Source of the DNA: Camelus ferus
Lineage: Eukaryota
Length of the DNA: 64,000 bases
Assembly (NCBI RefSeq): GCF_009834535.1
Contig: NC_045696.1
Location: forward strand, 18,602,001-18,666,000
Reading direction: 5' to 3'
This document shows, in pieces, positions 63,230 through 64,000 of this stretch; position 1 is the first letter of the stretch; the number at the start of each line of letters is the position of its first letter. The notes below the pieces were generated by a model. The model was given only the letters and a program-made list of their open reading frames with translations, was not told the origin of the DNA and did no database searches. A program made the translations under genes and the position numbers.

Positions 63230-63880
63230 ATTTTTCCCATCTTCTCCCCCAGTTTGGTAAAAGCTTTACCAGCTAGGTTCACGTAGTTGTGGAGCATCTG
63301 GGCATTGAAAGAGTCAATTTTGGAATCGTGAGAGCAGTAGAGAGGTTGAAATAATGTCTGACTACCGGCAAGCTTTGCATGCTCCTGGAAAAGCCCAGAG
63401 CCTGGTGAAAAATGGAAGGCCTTGAGGGTACTTGTGAACTTGACCCAGCTTTGAATATGTATCTTAACTCATTCATAGTTGGAGAGGTGGGGGCCTGTAG
63501 CTTTGATGATTCAAGGTAGGTACATAATCATGGGCTAATAAAAGCACAGAGAATATAAAAAAGCACAGAGAAAATCTTTAGGGGGCCGGACAGCTAGATT
63601 AACAGAAGATAAAGACAGGCAGATAAACACAGAGACAGATAGATATACTGACAAACTGAGCAGAGAAATAAAAATCAGTGGTTGCTCACCATGCAGGACA
63701 AAGACTTTTACAGTCCCACAGTAGTTAATTATCTTCTAAAATAAAATTTAACCAAAAAAAAAAAAATCAGAAGAACAAAATAGAATCCAGAGTTGCTACA
63801 GACTAGTATGCGCTGTGCCAAATTTTTCAAATCAAATTATTGGACAGGAAAAAAAAAAGATTTAAAAACTTGTGGGGGAA
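63230..63880 (+). mobile_element. Probable old L1M 5'UTR/ORF1-start fragment
   Basis: tagaatccagagttgctaca...tttttcaaatcaaattattggacagg resembles the pre-ORF1 region of old L1M families. Confidence 0.45.
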
Positions 63881-64000
63881 TAAAAAGAAAAAAGTTAATT
63901 TTAAAAAGTTTTTAAAGATCTGTTTCTTTTGTTTTTATTAAAATGCCTATGACTTTTAAAGAAAGATTTATATGTACTGTATGTTACATCAAGAGTGTAA

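Noticed and set aside
1..64000. CRISPR arrays, operons, tRNA/rRNA/snRNA genes, CpG islands, non-retroviral endogenous viral elements
   Set aside because: No regular repeat-spacer array, structural RNA signature, CpG island or viral protein motif was recognisable by eye. A tBLASTn/Infernal search would be needed to exclude faint relics.

Overview
This is AT-rich eutherian mammal genomic DNA, either a very large intron or intergenic space. The L1 3' ends resemble cetartiodactyl, probably camelid, L1s, and I recognised no Alu, B1/B2, BovB/Bov-tA, CHR, PRE-1 or CAN SINEs; the taxon is an inference. I found no protein-coding gene, RNA gene or CRISPR array that I can support. The protein-like ORFs in the track are decayed LINE-1 pieces, and the rest look like chance ORFs. 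A large part of the window is fossil transposable elements: a near full-length inactive L1 (20545-27280, minus), many L1 fragments, L2, a long L3/CR1 remnant, MIR, MaLR (MLT1) LTRs, an internally deleted ERVL provirus, ERV1-type solo LTRs with target-site duplications, and Charlie1, MER2 and MER5 DNA transposon fossils. I do not see a new biological system. The best leads are a ~90-nt pre-miRNA-sized hairpin inside a candidate spliced exon (16347-16493), two related solo LTRs carrying PBX-type motifs, a reconstructable L2/L1/ERVL nesting-plus-deletion event, an L1 antisense splice donor, and a few CpG-retaining candidate enhancers. Repeat family names come from my memory of consensus sequences and need RepeatMasker/Dfam confirmation. 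Boundaries are approximate unless a TSD is quoted.
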